Positions 43,845-64,000 of a stretch of DNA of 64,000 nt are shown piece after piece. Below the pieces are notes generated by a model, which worked only from the letters and a program-made list of their open reading frames with translations, had not been told where the DNA came from and ran no database searches. Position 1 is the first letter of the stretch. The number at the start of each line of letters is the position of its first letter. The stretch is taken from assembly GCA_013265495.1 (NCBI GenBank), contig MU058658.1, positions 371,059-435,058 of the forward strand, given 5' to 3'. Source of the DNA: Vicugna vicugna. Its lineage: Eukaryota. The position numbers were made by a program, and so were the translations under genes.

Positions 43845-45079
43845 AGGACCCTCTGGGGTCCGTGGGGCCAGGAGACACGCGGGATAACGCCGGACACCTG
43901 AGGTGAAAATCCCGGAACTAGGGTCCGCAACCCGCTCACTCCTGTGCAGTGTGGACGGTGCCCCCTCGGGCTCTTCCTGTTTTCTGTTACTCGGCGGGAC
44001 CCAGGGATCCAGAATCCCGTATCCCACAACCGGCTATAAGACCCGCGACACAACCGCCATTAGACAGAGGCCGGAAATCCCGCCCCATCCTGTTTAATAT
44101 TCACGGAAATGCCCCAATTAGGGGCTGTCATTGGAGGAGAGCGCAGGGCGCCCGCGCACGTCCTTCTGGGTAATGTAGTTCCCGTCGCGCCGCGGAATGA
44201 GTTGCGTGTGCGGCCCTCCCCCACCTCTGGCGCACGAAAGGGCCGGGTACCTGCAGGCAGGACCGTTAAAAGCGTTATCAAAATACACTTAGCAAAGCCT
44301 ATATGTACAGTCTTTATAAGATTCTGATTTAACTCGCATTTATAAACATAAAAGTTGATAGAGGATTGGAAAAAAAGCATTCCGGGTATGAAAAGCCTGA
44401 GTCGCCACAGTGCTTGTTTTTGGATTTTTTGAAAATATTGGAAGATTTGATGAAAAAAGTAAAGTCCATAAGATTTTCGAATAAAAATATGTCAGGCATG
44501 TATAAGTAGCATTGCTATATCTGCCAAAAACATGAAAATAAGAAGCAAAGGAATAAATTTGCAAGAACAGAATGTAAAATAGAAGTTTTTAAAATCGGAC
44601 CTGAGAATACTGTAAAAAATGGAAAAAAAAAAAACTTGGCACACAGGTGTTAAAGGAAAATTTCACAGAGTTTAATGTTTGTATTTAGTTTGCTTTTACC
44701 TAGTGCTTCATGAACTGGAAAGCATCCAGTTTGTAAAACCGGAAGGTGCTCCGAAGATCTGTACAGAATGTACACAAATACTTAAGAATAAGTTATAGCA
44801 GGCAATAGCTGATTGGTCATAGCAGGGTTACTTTCTTAGAGGGGGCAAAAAGGAAAGTTTTGGAGCTAGGTTGTGAAAAACTAATGCTGACCAGGCATAT
44901 TCTGATTGGCTGGCCCTGGGTTTCCTCTCCTGAAAGAGCCAGAAACTTAGGAAAAGCAGAAATAGAGGTAGGTTTTAGCAGGCACACTTGGATCTTAGCA
45001 TGAGCCACTCCCTTGAGGCTGGTTTAGACACTGTAATCCATAACAGGGGAAAAAAAAGTAAAATCACAGACTATTGTTT

Positions 45080-46600
45080 CCTGGCTTTTGTGAATGAAGC
45101 CGTTATTACCGTGAATAATTTCCCCCAAGTATTTCTGAGTCACATGATTTCATTTTTCTTATGGATAGACCCTACAAGTGAGATTACTGTGTCATGTGAT
45201 ATGTATATGGATAGCATTAAAGAAAGTAGCACAGTATTTTCTTTTTTTTAGAACAGTATTTTCTGAAGTTATTTATCTATTTGTATTCCCTCAAGAAATA
45301 TAGGAGAGTTGTAGCTGTTTCACATCTTCATCAATTTAGTATTTGAATTTTAGTTGTTCCAATGGTGTGTGGTACTCCCTCACAGTGGCTTTAAATTCTG
45401 TTTATGATGGCGAGTAATGACAAGAAGCACATTTTCATTTTCCTGTTTACCATTTATACATACGCCTTTTATGACATACGCCTTCAGAAATCCTTTGACT
45501 AATTTAAATTGTGTTATTTGAAAATTTTAGTTATAAATACTATTCATATTAAGAATCATTGTCATTTGTCAGATACATTTCTTGCAAATATCTTTCCCCA
45601 GATTGTGACTTGAGTTTTCACTTTCTTAACTGTCTCTTGAATGGCAAATTTTAATTTTGATTAAGTTTCAAATAATCAGTTTATTTTCTTTCATTGATGG
45701 TCTTTCTTTGTAAATAAACCCTTTCCTGCACCAAGGACAGAGAGCACTTCTCCTATGTCGTCTTTTGTAGTCTGTTTTTTCTCTGACATTAAGAACTGTG
45801 TTGGATCCATTTCAAATTCATTGTTAAGTGATTTGAGGGAAGGTTTGCACTTTTTCATCTATTTTTTAGATAAGCCCCACCATATGATCTGTCAGGACAA
45901 TTTGTTGAAAGTGTTCTCCTTTCTCCCTTAAATACCTTTGGCAACTTTTATTGGAAATAAATTGACATCATTAGGGTTTGTATATATCTCAGATCTCTAT
46001 GCTTTTCCATTGTTCAATGACTGGTTTAGATATATGGTAATTTTTTTCTATTTTATTGTTTTTAATTAATTTATTTTTCTTCTTTTTGAGAGGTGATTAG
46101 GTTATTCGTTTTTTTAACGGATATACTGGGATCAAACCCAGGACCTCAGGTATGCTAGGCACGGGCTCTTCCACTGAGCTGTCCCCTCCCCTACAGTATT
46201 TTTTTAGATAAGGAAAAACAGATTTTAATTTGTTGTCTTCAAATAGTGATTTGTCTATTCTAGCTTCTAGGCATTATTACTTAATAATTTTCGAATCAGT
46301 TTATGAATTTCTATCAAAAGAGATTGCTGGGACTGTTAATGCATAATGTGTTCATGTAGAAAAATTAGGGGAAAACTGACAACTTAAAATGTTCTCTGCT
46401 CAGATTGAGGTACACACTTCACCTTAATCAAGATGTTTCTTCTCTAGACCTCCAGGAACAAATGTTACGTATTTGTAAAAGCTATTTTAACATCGTTGTC
46501 TACTAATTCTTGAATGCTTCTATTGAGTTGGGGTTTTTTCTGCTAATTGTGTATTATATTTCTGATTGTTGCCTGGTTAATAATTATCTTTGGATACCAG
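45080..46600 (-). mobile_element. Old LINE-1 fragment (antisense), SINE-interrupted
   Basis: T-rich antisense L1 motifs: ttgcaaatatctttccccagattgtg, caatttgttgaaa, gaatcagtttatgaatttctatcaaaagagattgctgggact. Confidence 0.7.
46085..46192 (-). mobile_element. tRNA-Ala-derived SINE
   Basis: actgggatcaaacccaggacctc..ccactgagctgtcccctcccc. Confidence 0.75.
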
Positions 46601-46969
46601 ATATTTTTGACTGCTGCATTTGGTTGCATTGCTTTATGTGATGTTACAATTTAACTTGACATGGAAGTGGTTTCCCAAATGGGAGGCTTCTCTATCAGGC
46701 ACAGTTCCATTAGTTGCGAGGCCACATGACCCAACCCCTGGAGGCCAGCACAGAACTCATCCCTCAGGAGGTCTCAGTGATTCAGGACAGGGACTCTCTC
46801 CACCTTTCCCAGTGAGTAATAGGTTCTAATCTCATGTAAAAACCCAAGGCCAAGCAGCCACCTCTGTCTCTCAAGACATTGGTGACCTTAAATAATATGA
46901 CTATGCCTTCACCTGGGAGACATAAGGGCATCTGGACCTGGCCCAGAGGACACTGTAGGGGCTCGTGAT

Positions 46970-47200
46970 GGAGAACTCTGAACTCTGTTCAGAGACCAGC
47001 TCCTTCTAGGTATGTCCTCACGAGGCAGAAGAGGATGGGAACTTTTTGGGGCCTTTTTCATAAAGGCACTAATTCCATTCACGAGGGTAAAAATGTCATG
47101 ACCTTGTCGCCTCCCAAACGTTCTGTCTTCTAATTATGACACGAGGCATTAGGTATCGAACTTATGAAGTGAGGGGGACACAAACATTGAGACCGTAGCT
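46970..47200 (-). mobile_element. MaLR (MLT1A/MST-type) LTR fragment
   Basis: ataaaggcactaattccattcacgaggg...gggggacacaaacattgagaccgtagc. Confidence 0.65.
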
Positions 47201-47559
47201 GTATCTATGTCTCGAAATTGAGTTAGAAATATGACATGGGAAAAACAATTGGGCTTGCTGGAGTTGCAACACACACAGAGAGATGTATCCATACAGGGAA
47301 TAATTTTTGTGTGTGTCTGGGAAACAGGCAGAATGCCGCGTCATCTACTGCCTTCTGGGCCTCCTGACAGCCAACATCCATTTCCCCTGTCATGATTCTG
47401 GCTGAATTCTCTTCTTTCTGGTCCCTTGACTGCACATACTGAAGCCTACAAAACTGTATGTGATACTTTGATCTACCCATCGTTGAAGAGCAATAAGATA
47501 ATATTTGTTGGTTGCCAACTACTGAAATGTACAGAAATATAGAAAATATAGAAATGTAT

Positions 47560-48000
47560 ACAAATCATGATGCTGTGGACCACAAGTTAACACAGCGCTG
47601 TAGGCCAATCACACTTCAAAAACAAACTCACTGAAAAAGATATCAGATTTGTGGTCACGAGGGCCGGAGGGTTGGGGGGGTGAGGGGAGGGGGAATGGGT
47701 GAAGGTGGTCAAAAGGCACAAACTTCCAGTTATAAGATAACTAAGTACTAGGGATGTAATGTACATGATAAATACAATTCACACTGCTAGATGTTATATA
47801 CGAAAGTTGTCAAGAGAGGAAATTCTAAGAGTTCTCATCACATGGAAAAAAATTTTCTATTTGTTTAATGTTGTGTTTATATGAGATGATGGGCATTCAC
47901 TGAATCTCACTGTGGCTATTTCATGACATGTAAGTCAGGTCGTGATGCTGTGCACCTTAACCTTACACAGCGCAGTACGTCAGTTATACCGCAATAAATC
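47560..48000 (+). mobile_element. LINE-1 3' UTR fragment
   Basis: ggtcaaaaggcacaaacttccagttataagataactaagtactagggatgtaatgtaca...gcaataaa. Confidence 0.75.
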
Positions 48001-49384
48001 TGACAGGAAAGGGAAAAAAAAGAGGTGGTTTTTGAAACCTAGATTGTAAACCCTGACCTAACTGGTATGCGATCTTTGTGACTGCGGGCAAGACACTTGA
48101 CAGAAAAACAAAACAAAACAGAAGCACACATATAGATACAGATACCACACAAACACATATATTGTTTGTACCCTGGATTTATTCTTCATAAGGGGAAGTT
48201 TTATAAATATCTTTCACTGCTGCCAACCTTGCACAAAATACTCTTAAAAAAGTGTAGGTAGCAAATAAGTATCTAATGAATTAATTCTGTCCTCTGCAAA
48301 AACAGCTCATTTTATGTAAGTAGCAGTGGATTCAGATGGAACACTGTGTACACTGACAGACTCCAGCTGCTCTAAGAATAAGTGTAAAACTAAAACTAAT
48401 TTTTAAAAATACCAGCAGCATAGTTTTGTTATACCTGGATAATTAAGAATCCAGGAAAAGTCAAAATCTTAATTAACACTGACAAACATATTAACATTAC
48501 CAAAAAAAATGCCTCTGTTCCATAAAACACAGAACAGGCAAAATTTAGATACCAGTGAAAGAACAGGCAAAACAACTACATTAAAGATAAAAAGTCAGAA
48601 AAGCCAGCGATTCTCAGAAACTTACTCCATCAGGCAAGTGGGCATTTTTTGGCATCAGAGAATTGTTCTGTACCTAGATTGGGAAGTTTTTTCAGGGATA
48701 AATGCATTTGTCAGTCATCAGATTGTACAGTTGATAACTGATGTCTTTCCCTGAAATAAATTTTACATTTAAATAGTTTAAAACCCTCCCTGACCTTCAG
48801 TTAATGGCATGGACTGTGCCATCACAGGGTTAGTGTTTGCGAACCTAAATCTGGCGCCGTCAAAGAAGCCTGGAAGCAACGGCTCCCTGGTGTTCTTCAG
48901 CACTTCCAGGACCCTGTTCTTGATTTCTCCATACTTTTCTCTACCAGAAGGAAGAACTCCTTGGAGAAAAGACTGATACCTGGCAGGGCAAGGGAAGTTG
49001 AAAGATGAAACCTTAATATCTTTGGTACTGTAGGTGCACCAAATGTCATGGTGACATGAAACGGGGACAGACCAGCCAGCATGAAGGATGGCTCATGGGA
49101 AACCTGAGCTTCAAAACCAGAGACACTGCAGGAGCGTCACCCACTTCAGTATTTAAGAATCCACTGATACGAGTTAATGAAAAACAAATGGACAGACAAG
49201 TCACTGGGAAAACTGCCTTCCAAAGAAGAATGCCAACTAATACACATAGAACACTGATGGAATTTGAAAATCATCACTGATGGTGGGGTGAGATACTGAT
49301 GTGGATCAGTATATTCACCTAGTTTCAAAACATCTTCTTAATTGTTTACTAAAAAGAGAAATAATAATTTTACTTATTCTTCAT

Positions 49385-49490
49385 TTTTAAAAAAACTTTT
49401 CTCTCCCTTAACAGAAACACTGGGGATTGAACCCAGGACCTCGTGAACGCTGAGCATGCGCTCTACCACTGAGTTGCACGCCCCACCCCC
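49385..49490 (-). mobile_element. tRNA-Ala-derived SINE
   Basis: ctggggattgaacccaggacctcgtgaacgctgagcatgcgctctaccactgag. Confidence 0.82.
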
Positions 49491-50387
49491 GGGAAAGAGA
49501 CATTTTAAAGGCAAGAACACAAACTTAAAGAAGTGACAGAGATTAACACCAACACTGGTCAAAGTGGAGAGCACGTGCGTCCTGGCGGGAAGTACAGCAC
49601 CATGTCACTTCTGGGGTTTCACTGTAAAGTGAGGCAACAGCGAAATACAGTCATTAGCAAACATCAGAGAAGCAGGAGATTTTACAGAATAAATGTCATA
49701 GTGTTTGTCAAGAACAGTCAGGTCCAAGAAACTCAATGAAAGGCTGATGGACTGTCTCCTTAAAGGAGTGTAGGGAGTAATGGTAACTAAACACACCATG
49801 CGATTCTGGGTGTGGTCATGCACCAGGAAAAATACAAAGGGACAATATTAGGATGAATGATGACATCTGAACTTCGACCATGGATTAAGTAGTAGTATTT
49901 TACTAATATTGAATTTCCTGATCATGATAATACTCCAGTATAAAATATGCTCTTAGGAAACATGCATTGAAGTATTCATTTGTACAGAGGCAAGATATTT
50001 CCAAGTTAAACTCAAACTGCTCAGAAACACACATACATATACATGGAGAGAGAGAATGATAAAGAAAAAGATGCAAAGCAAACAAGTGTTTAACCTGGGT
50101 AAAACTGACACAAGAGTATCTTGTACTAGTCTTACAAGTTTTCTGCAAGTTTAAAACTATACAGAAAACTTAAAAACACAAAAATCAATATATATATGTT
50201 TCACCACCTACAGAAAACATGTCATATAATCAACTCAGAAGAGGCATAAAAATAATTTGATGCTAATTCACTCATTCTTGCTGTTTTTTTAAACAAAGTA
50301 TAGAATGGATTTTCCTTAAACATCTAATCCACAAAAAATTCTACAACATATGCCATATATATGATCTATTATTAAACATTTCCCCCA

Positions 50388-50515
50388 AGGAGGTGAGGGT
50401 ATAGCTCAGGGCTAGAGTGCATGCTTAGCATGCACAAGGTCCTGGGTTTAATCCCCAGTGCTTCCATTAAAAAAAAAAGAAAATTAATAAATAAACCTAA
50501 TTATCTCCCCCCCCA
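50388..50515 (+). mobile_element. tRNA-Ala-derived SINE
   Basis: gagggtatagctcag..gcatgcttagcatgcacaaggtcctggg plus tail. Confidence 0.85.
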
Positions 50516-51099
50516 ACATCTCCCAAAGATCAAGGATAAAATAAACATAACTGGTATCTCCTCTGTCCTTCAACATTACTCCACAGGAGTTAATTAATTC
50601 TGTATGGCAAGAAATAATATACACCTGTATGCATGAGAAAGGAAGAAAGAAGCTGTCTTTTCTCACCTCTTTAAAATATGTGCTACCATATTGTCGTCAC
50701 CCCATCAGTCCTAAGTGAACACTCTATTAATGTTTCACTTTGCCCCTACCCCCATGTTTTCCTTCCTCGGTGTCCTCTTTCCTCTCTTCCACGGAACTCA
50801 TTACTTTCTAACCTACTGTGTAACTTAATCACTTAGGGACATTGCAAGTGGAATGTTTTGCTCAACCAGAGTATAAGCTCCACCAGGGCAAAATCATCGA
50901 TGTCCTGTGCATGTGCATCTCATCTACCCGAAGTGTGGGACACACACATGATGTACAACGAATTATTTCTTGGAGCATGGAATAAACATCACCTTACTTT
51001 GTCATCCATGTGTGCCGATGCTGCTACTCACCGTAACTTTCCCGATTCACTGCCCTCCCTGCATACTCAGTACCCTGACTGCTCTCGAGCATGAGAAAC

Positions 51100-51320
51100 A
51101 ACTACGGGTTGGGGCTTAACAGATATACACACTACTATATATAAAATAAATAGACAAGGACCTACTGTATAGCACAGGGACCTAAATTCAGTATCTTTTA
51201 ATAACATGATGGTAAAGAATATGAAAAGAAAAAAATGTGTATGTGTGTAACTGAATCGGTTTGCCATACACCTGAAACTAACACTGTAAATCAACTACAC
51301 TTCAATAAAAAATAAAAATT
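51100..51320 (+). mobile_element. LINE-1 3' terminal fragment
   Basis: acacactactatatataaaataaatagacaaggacctactgtatagcacaggga...caactacacttcaataaaaaa. Confidence 0.8.
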
Positions 51321-52928
51321 TTAAAGTAAAGCGAATTACCTCCCTCCCCCGTTAAAAAAAGAAATGATAATTAAAGATAAGATCAGGGATGGCTGAATAT
51401 CCTGCAGCAGCCAGATTGAAAAAAAAAAAAAGGCCTTATGGAAAACATCTTAAAAAAGACTTGGTCATTGTATGGAAAAGGAACCTGTTTGGAAATCCAG
51501 GAGTTTATGAGGAAAGCACTAACCATTCTCTAGACTGCTGTTCTAACCTGCAGATCCTGGATCTGAGCTGCGACGTTCCCAGCCTCCAGCCAGCCCTGCT
51601 TCATACTGGTCCCCATGATCCATGATGACAGAAGCCAATTCCTTAATATCCTGTTGCTACTTTCCTGAATCCAGTGGTTTTCGTATAGTGACACATTCCT
51701 GAAAGTCAGGGGGAGACTGTCAACTCTGCCCTGAACGGGTTTTTCTTCAGATTGCAGGGCTTGTCCCTATACTTGCTTACAAACGTTAATAGTTATACCA
51801 CCCTCTAGATTTTTTTCCAGTTGTCGAATATACTGTGCAGTATTTAACTCAGATGCTTCAGTCTGTCCATTTATCTTTATTTCAAAACTCTGAACACCAG
51901 CGTATACCAAGCTCAGTGTGATTACAGTAGCATGCCCCATGCATGTGGATTCCTATTTCCGGTAATTGGCCTACTCCAGCGGGTCTGTCTATGCAAGTGG
52001 GCGGTTCTTGTGAGGCGGGTGGGGCAGTGGGCAGGGCTCTGTGCCTCCTCAACACTTGCCTTTTGCTCTCTAAGCAGGACAGGAAAAGCTTGTTTCCCTC
52101 TGGATATTGGGGCCCTTTACCAGGATTAACTAAATGCATGGGTTTGGGTTTAGGAAAATAACACCTTGAGTTACCTACCTTTATGGGGCCATTGTCTAAC
52201 TCACTACATTGCAGAGTTTTTTCAAAGTTCTGTTTAATAAGCACTTGGCATAAATTCTTTCCTGTTCCAGGAGGACTTTCCTTACAATTGCATCTGGGGG
52301 ATGCTGCTCATGTGTCCGGTATTAAAGAAGTTTTGCTATTTTGCATCAGTAGTGGCCTTTTCCCCTCCAGCCCTGCTAATTGATTCTTTTTAATAAACCG
52401 AATGGTTAAAAAAAAAACAGACTTGATGATTAATAAATATATGTAACTATGTTAAAAAAAAGTGTTGTCATGCCCTGTGCAGCACATAAAGGGTGCACGC
52501 CCACTGTGAAAAGATGAAATGAGTATGTGGTCTTTAAAAAGGCGCTGAAGACAGTTCCAAGTGAGGAGATTATTTTATCCTTTTCTGTACAAGAAATTTA
52601 TTTTCAAAAGAATTTTTAATTGGGGAGGTAACTGTTTATTTAATGAATTACTTATTTTTAACAGAGGTACTGGGGATTGCACTCTACCACTGCACTACAC
52701 CCTCCCCTCTTGCACAAGAGATTTTTTAACCAGAGTTAACACTGATTATCTTGTAGAGCTTGAAAAGTAATCTCAAAGTAAAAAAAAAAAAAAATCTTGG
52801 GACAAATATCAAATAACCACATCCAAAGGCAGCACAAAGGAGTAAATCCACAGTGCCCTCTGGGAAACCCATAAAGATACCACCTGCATGGACATGTCTG
52901 GACTCACCAGTTACACATCCCTGCCCCT

Positions 52929-53040
52929 AGGAGGGAGGGTATAGCTCAAGGGGCAGAGCGTGTGCTCGTCATCCCCAGTACCTCTGTTAAAAAAACAGGA
53001 AAGAAAGAAATAAATCTAATTACCTCGCCCCACCCCCACA
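52929..53040 (+). mobile_element. tRNA-Ala-derived SINE, internally deleted
   Basis: ggagggtatagctcaag..atccccagtacctc plus taattacctc tail. Confidence 0.75.
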
Positions 53041-53489
53041 CAGAAAGAAATCAAGGGCTGGCATTCTGGAGTACAGACATTTTTTAGAGCAATGAAAATG
53101 CTTTGCATGACATTATAACGATGGATATATGTCACTATAATTTTCTCCAACCTAAGGTGAACTGTGGACTTTGGTGATTATGATGTGTCAATGTAGGGTC
53201 ATTGTTAGTTAAAAAAAAAAAAAAGTACCACTCTGGTAAACGACTTTGACAATGGCTATGCACGTGTGTGTTAACGGTGTATATGCAAAATTTCTGTACT
53301 TTCCTGTCAGTTTTGGTGTAAACCTACAACTGCTTTAAAAAAAAAGTCTTAAAATTAAAAACAAGTGTTAGGGTAGACATTTTTGGCAAAACTTTTTCAG
53401 TTTTATATATATGTCTCCGTATTATACATGTGTTTTTGTGGGATTGTGATGTAAAATGTATTTTTTAGGTTAAAAAAGTTTGCAGGCAT

Positions 53490-53620
53490 GAGGGAGGGTA
53501 TAGCTCAGTGGTAGAGTGTGTGCTTAACATGCACGAGGTCCTGAGTTCAATCCCCAGTACCTTCATTAAGAAAAACAATCAAAAAATCCTAATTACCTCC
53601 CCCACTATTAAAAAAAAGAA
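53490..53620 (+). mobile_element. tRNA-Ala-derived SINE
   Basis: gggagggtatagctcagtggtagag..gagttcaatccccagtacc plus tail. Confidence 0.88.
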
Positions 53621-53920
53621 TTTCACAATATTGTAAACTGACTATACTTCAACCAAAAAAAGAATGCAGAAAAAGTTTGCAAGCCACTGTCGGTTAAGTT
53701 ATACCAGCAAATAAAAGCACAAATTAACCTCCCTCCCCTAAAAAAAAGAAAAAGAAAAAAAAATCAAGGGCCAGGATCCTTCTGCTCTCAGACATCGCCC
53801 CCCACCCCACCATGAACCTGACGAGAGACCGCAGTGGGCGTGGCAGGGCGGTCTGGAAGAGGCTGCCGAGCACCTGCTTTCCGTTTTCCTTTTAAGGTAA
53901 TGCTGAGACGGCTTCTTAAT

Positions 53921-53985
53921 TGTGAACCCAGGACCCCCGTGCACGCTATCTACGCACGCGCTCTACCATTGAGCTATGCCCTCCC
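53921..53985 (-). mobile_element. tRNA-Ala-derived SINE (head only)
   Basis: gaacccaggacccccgtgcacg..gctctaccattgagctatgccctccc. Confidence 0.7.
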
Positions 53986-54721
53986 GAAAGCTGTTCTGTT
54001 TTGTTTTGGGCCCCGGGGCCTGCCTGGATGATGGAGCTCTCTAGTAAGTGGCGTCCCCCAGCTCTTCCGGGCGGGATCTGTCGGGCTCTCCCCAGGGAGA
54101 CAGGCTGGGCCTCAGTCTCAGTGGCATCCAGCTTGTGCCGGCTGAGCGCTGTCCCTGACCCGTCCTGGCACATCACCCTCGCCCTGGCCGGAGCACGGCC
54201 TGCAGATCCAAGCGGCTGGAATCTGCACATCTGGGCACAGAGGGCCCTCCATCCCCGCCTCAGCCTCCCTGGTGTCACTCTCCCCGCCAGGCACACAAGG
54301 CAATGCCTGGTGCGGGCTGCCCGGGCGCCCCAACCAGGTGGACTGGCGCTCCTGCGGACGGGCGGTCACCTCAGCACGGGCTGGGCAGGCTGGGCGGGCA
54401 GCAGGGACCAAGCGAAGCACCTTGGCCGTGGCTGAAGGCCGCGGTCAGAGCCCGGGACGCCACGTCTGTCCCCACGTGCCTCCTCACAGTGCAGCCCAAG
54501 CTCCGCCGTGAGCCCGCGGGACAAGTGGTGACCGGCACGGGCGGTCCCGGCGACGATGACGCGGTTCCTCTCCGTTACCGGTGCGTGTCCTCGGGGCTGA
54601 GAATGGCTCTCGCGTTCGATGCAGCATCTCTCGCCGCGTGTCCCCCGAGGTCGGCGGCGGCGGCGGCAGGCTTCGTGCCTTCACTGCGCCCCACGGCGGC
54701 CCGTGTGGCCGAAGCCCGCGC

Positions 54722-62156
<7,435 letters not shown>

Positions 62157-64000
62157 TCAAGCTTATTACTCAGGTGCTGGTTAGGGTGCAGGGACTCAGG
62201 CCTGAATCACCGAGGCCTCCTGAGGGCCAAGCTCTGTGCGGGACTCAGGGTGGAGGTGGAAGCAGCCTTTGGATATAAGGCAACTGTGGCTGAGAGAAAA
62301 GCCTCCCCTAGGGGAATCTATCAGCAATGACACAGACAGCGGTGTTCTGTGAGGACGGTGGAGGGGCAGAAGGTAAGTGCTCTGGGAAAAATGTTCATGA
62401 GGGCAATTCCAACAATGGTCACAGCAGAGGCAACAGCTGAGCCGCCCTGGTCCTCGCTGTGCACCTGTCCCAGGCTGAGGGCTTCACATGCTCAGGTAAA
62501 GTGACTAAAGCTCCCTGGCTCTGGAGCCAGAATTCCAGGGTCTGAATCCAGGCTCTTGAATCTGACACTGCTGACTGTGTGACCCTGGGGAGGACATCCC
62601 ACCATTTCTCTCAACATCCATTTCTGCACCAATACAGGAAACAATTCCCACTATGCCAATTCTGAGAACTAAAGAGAAAGTGTTCACACAGCAGATGCTG
62701 GCACAGCTCAATGTATCTTGTGAATTTTTTTCTAATCCTCTGCCAGCCCCTGAGCTAAATGCCAAAATCACCTGCGTGTCACAGTCGGAGGCCTGAGGGT
62801 CAGGCAGCTCTAGAAAGTCACCCACAATCTCAAATTTAAGAAACAGAAGTGGACACGGAATTGAACATTCAGCAAAATCCAGAACACAGTTGTCAGAGTT
62901 GTCACATGGGCAGGTGGGGGCCAGGGGTACCTCGGCCAGAACTGACACAGCCAGGAAAAAACTATCCAAAGAGGTGATACTGATGCACAGGAAGAGTGAG
63001 GAGAGACAGCCCTGCAGAGACCTAAGAACAGGGCCCCACACAAAGGAAAGTGCAAGGGCAAAAGCCGTAAACTTGGGAGGAGTTTGGCAAGTTCAGGACC
63101 TCCTGGCCAGGTGCAGTGAGCTGGCTAAGAATGGAAAGGAAAAAGGCCTGGAGGCAGGCAAGGGGCACAGCCAGCAGAGCTCTGTGGGTCCCGCTTGGGA
63201 GGAAGATTGTATTTATTATAAGTGTGATGAGACCACCTGCTGGGGAGACCCAGTCATTCATTTAACCATTTGTTGAGTACCTTTTACAAGCCTAGGTACT
63301 CACAATCCCGGGCTAGAAAGAGATCCTAAACAAGCAACTAAGTAAACGAGCAAGACAATGTCAGAGGGACCTAAGATGCCAAAGTCAAGAAAATAGACTG
63401 AGAAAACTAAAGAGGTTACAGTCTGCTGTAGATGGGGCACTGGAAAAGGCCTCTTTCAGGACAGCACACTGGAGTGAGTCTGAAATAAAGTGAGGAGGGG
63501 AGCCACGTGGACGGGAGATTAACAAATCAGACAGGTCCTGACAGTCAATGAGGACTAGGATGAGGGTACTCAGGGTGACGGCTATGGACTTACCCACGAC
63601 CTGCTGCGCTTTCGTGTCCAGACGGACACCACACTCCTACACACTGTCCTCAATGACCATCTGAGTGGACTCACTTACCAACATAAGTGAATCTCAACAG
63701 GAAAACAGATTCACGACTGTCAGTGGGAAGCCAGTTCACCTGCTCTAACCTGAAAGATAAAATTCCCTGGCCTTCCTGGCCCCCAGCCTGTCCTGACACC
63801 TATTCTGTCCTAGCAGAACCGCAATAACCAAACTGCTGCAGGCTACTCCTGGCTCTTCCCCTCCCCAGCTCTTATCTTCGTAGAGATTACAGGACAGAGA
63901 AGCCCAAGGGTCAGATTCCCCCGGAGATGGGCCGCTAAGATCAGTGTAGGCCCAGGAGGCACTTCCGCGGAGAAAGAGCCAGAGCGATGCTCCCTGGACT

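Noticed and set aside
63601..63660. Candidate ZNF550 start exon ending ..DTKAQQ|GT, reminiscent of the recalled human MAETKDAAQ
   Set aside because: The only in-frame ATG (63660) is followed by TAG at 63639-63637 and the donor is weak; the start exon is left unresolved

Overview
Mammalian (very likely camelid, judged from about 20 copies of a tRNA-Ala-derived Vic-1-type SINE) KRAB C2H2 zinc-finger gene cluster, resembling the human 19q13.43 ZNF772-ZNF773-ZNF549-ZNF550 interval. Five spliced KRAB-ZNF genes could be reconstructed by hand with GT-AG boundaries and consistent phases: ZNF772 (-, runs off the left edge), ZNF773 (+, 10 fingers), an unnamed ZNF550/ZNF599-type paralog (-, 8 fingers), a ZNF549-like gene (-, 11 fingers, dead KRAB-B exon) and ZNF550 (-, 8 fingers, first exon not resolved). 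Orthology calls rest on my recall of the human proteins, not on a search. The rest is LINE-1, L2, LTR and SINE debris. No new biological system is demonstrable. The most unusual observations are: (1) a sixth, orphan KRAB-gene 5' module (promoter cassette, ATG exon, intron-1 relic) at 16.8-17.8 kb with no gene body, pointing antisense into ZNF773; (2) one ETS/GC-CCAAT-ZNF143 promoter cassette reused five times; (3) an extremely GC/CpG-rich ZNF550 finger exon; (4) fossil fingers behind the stop codons, one split by a SINE whose target-site duplication contains the stop codon.
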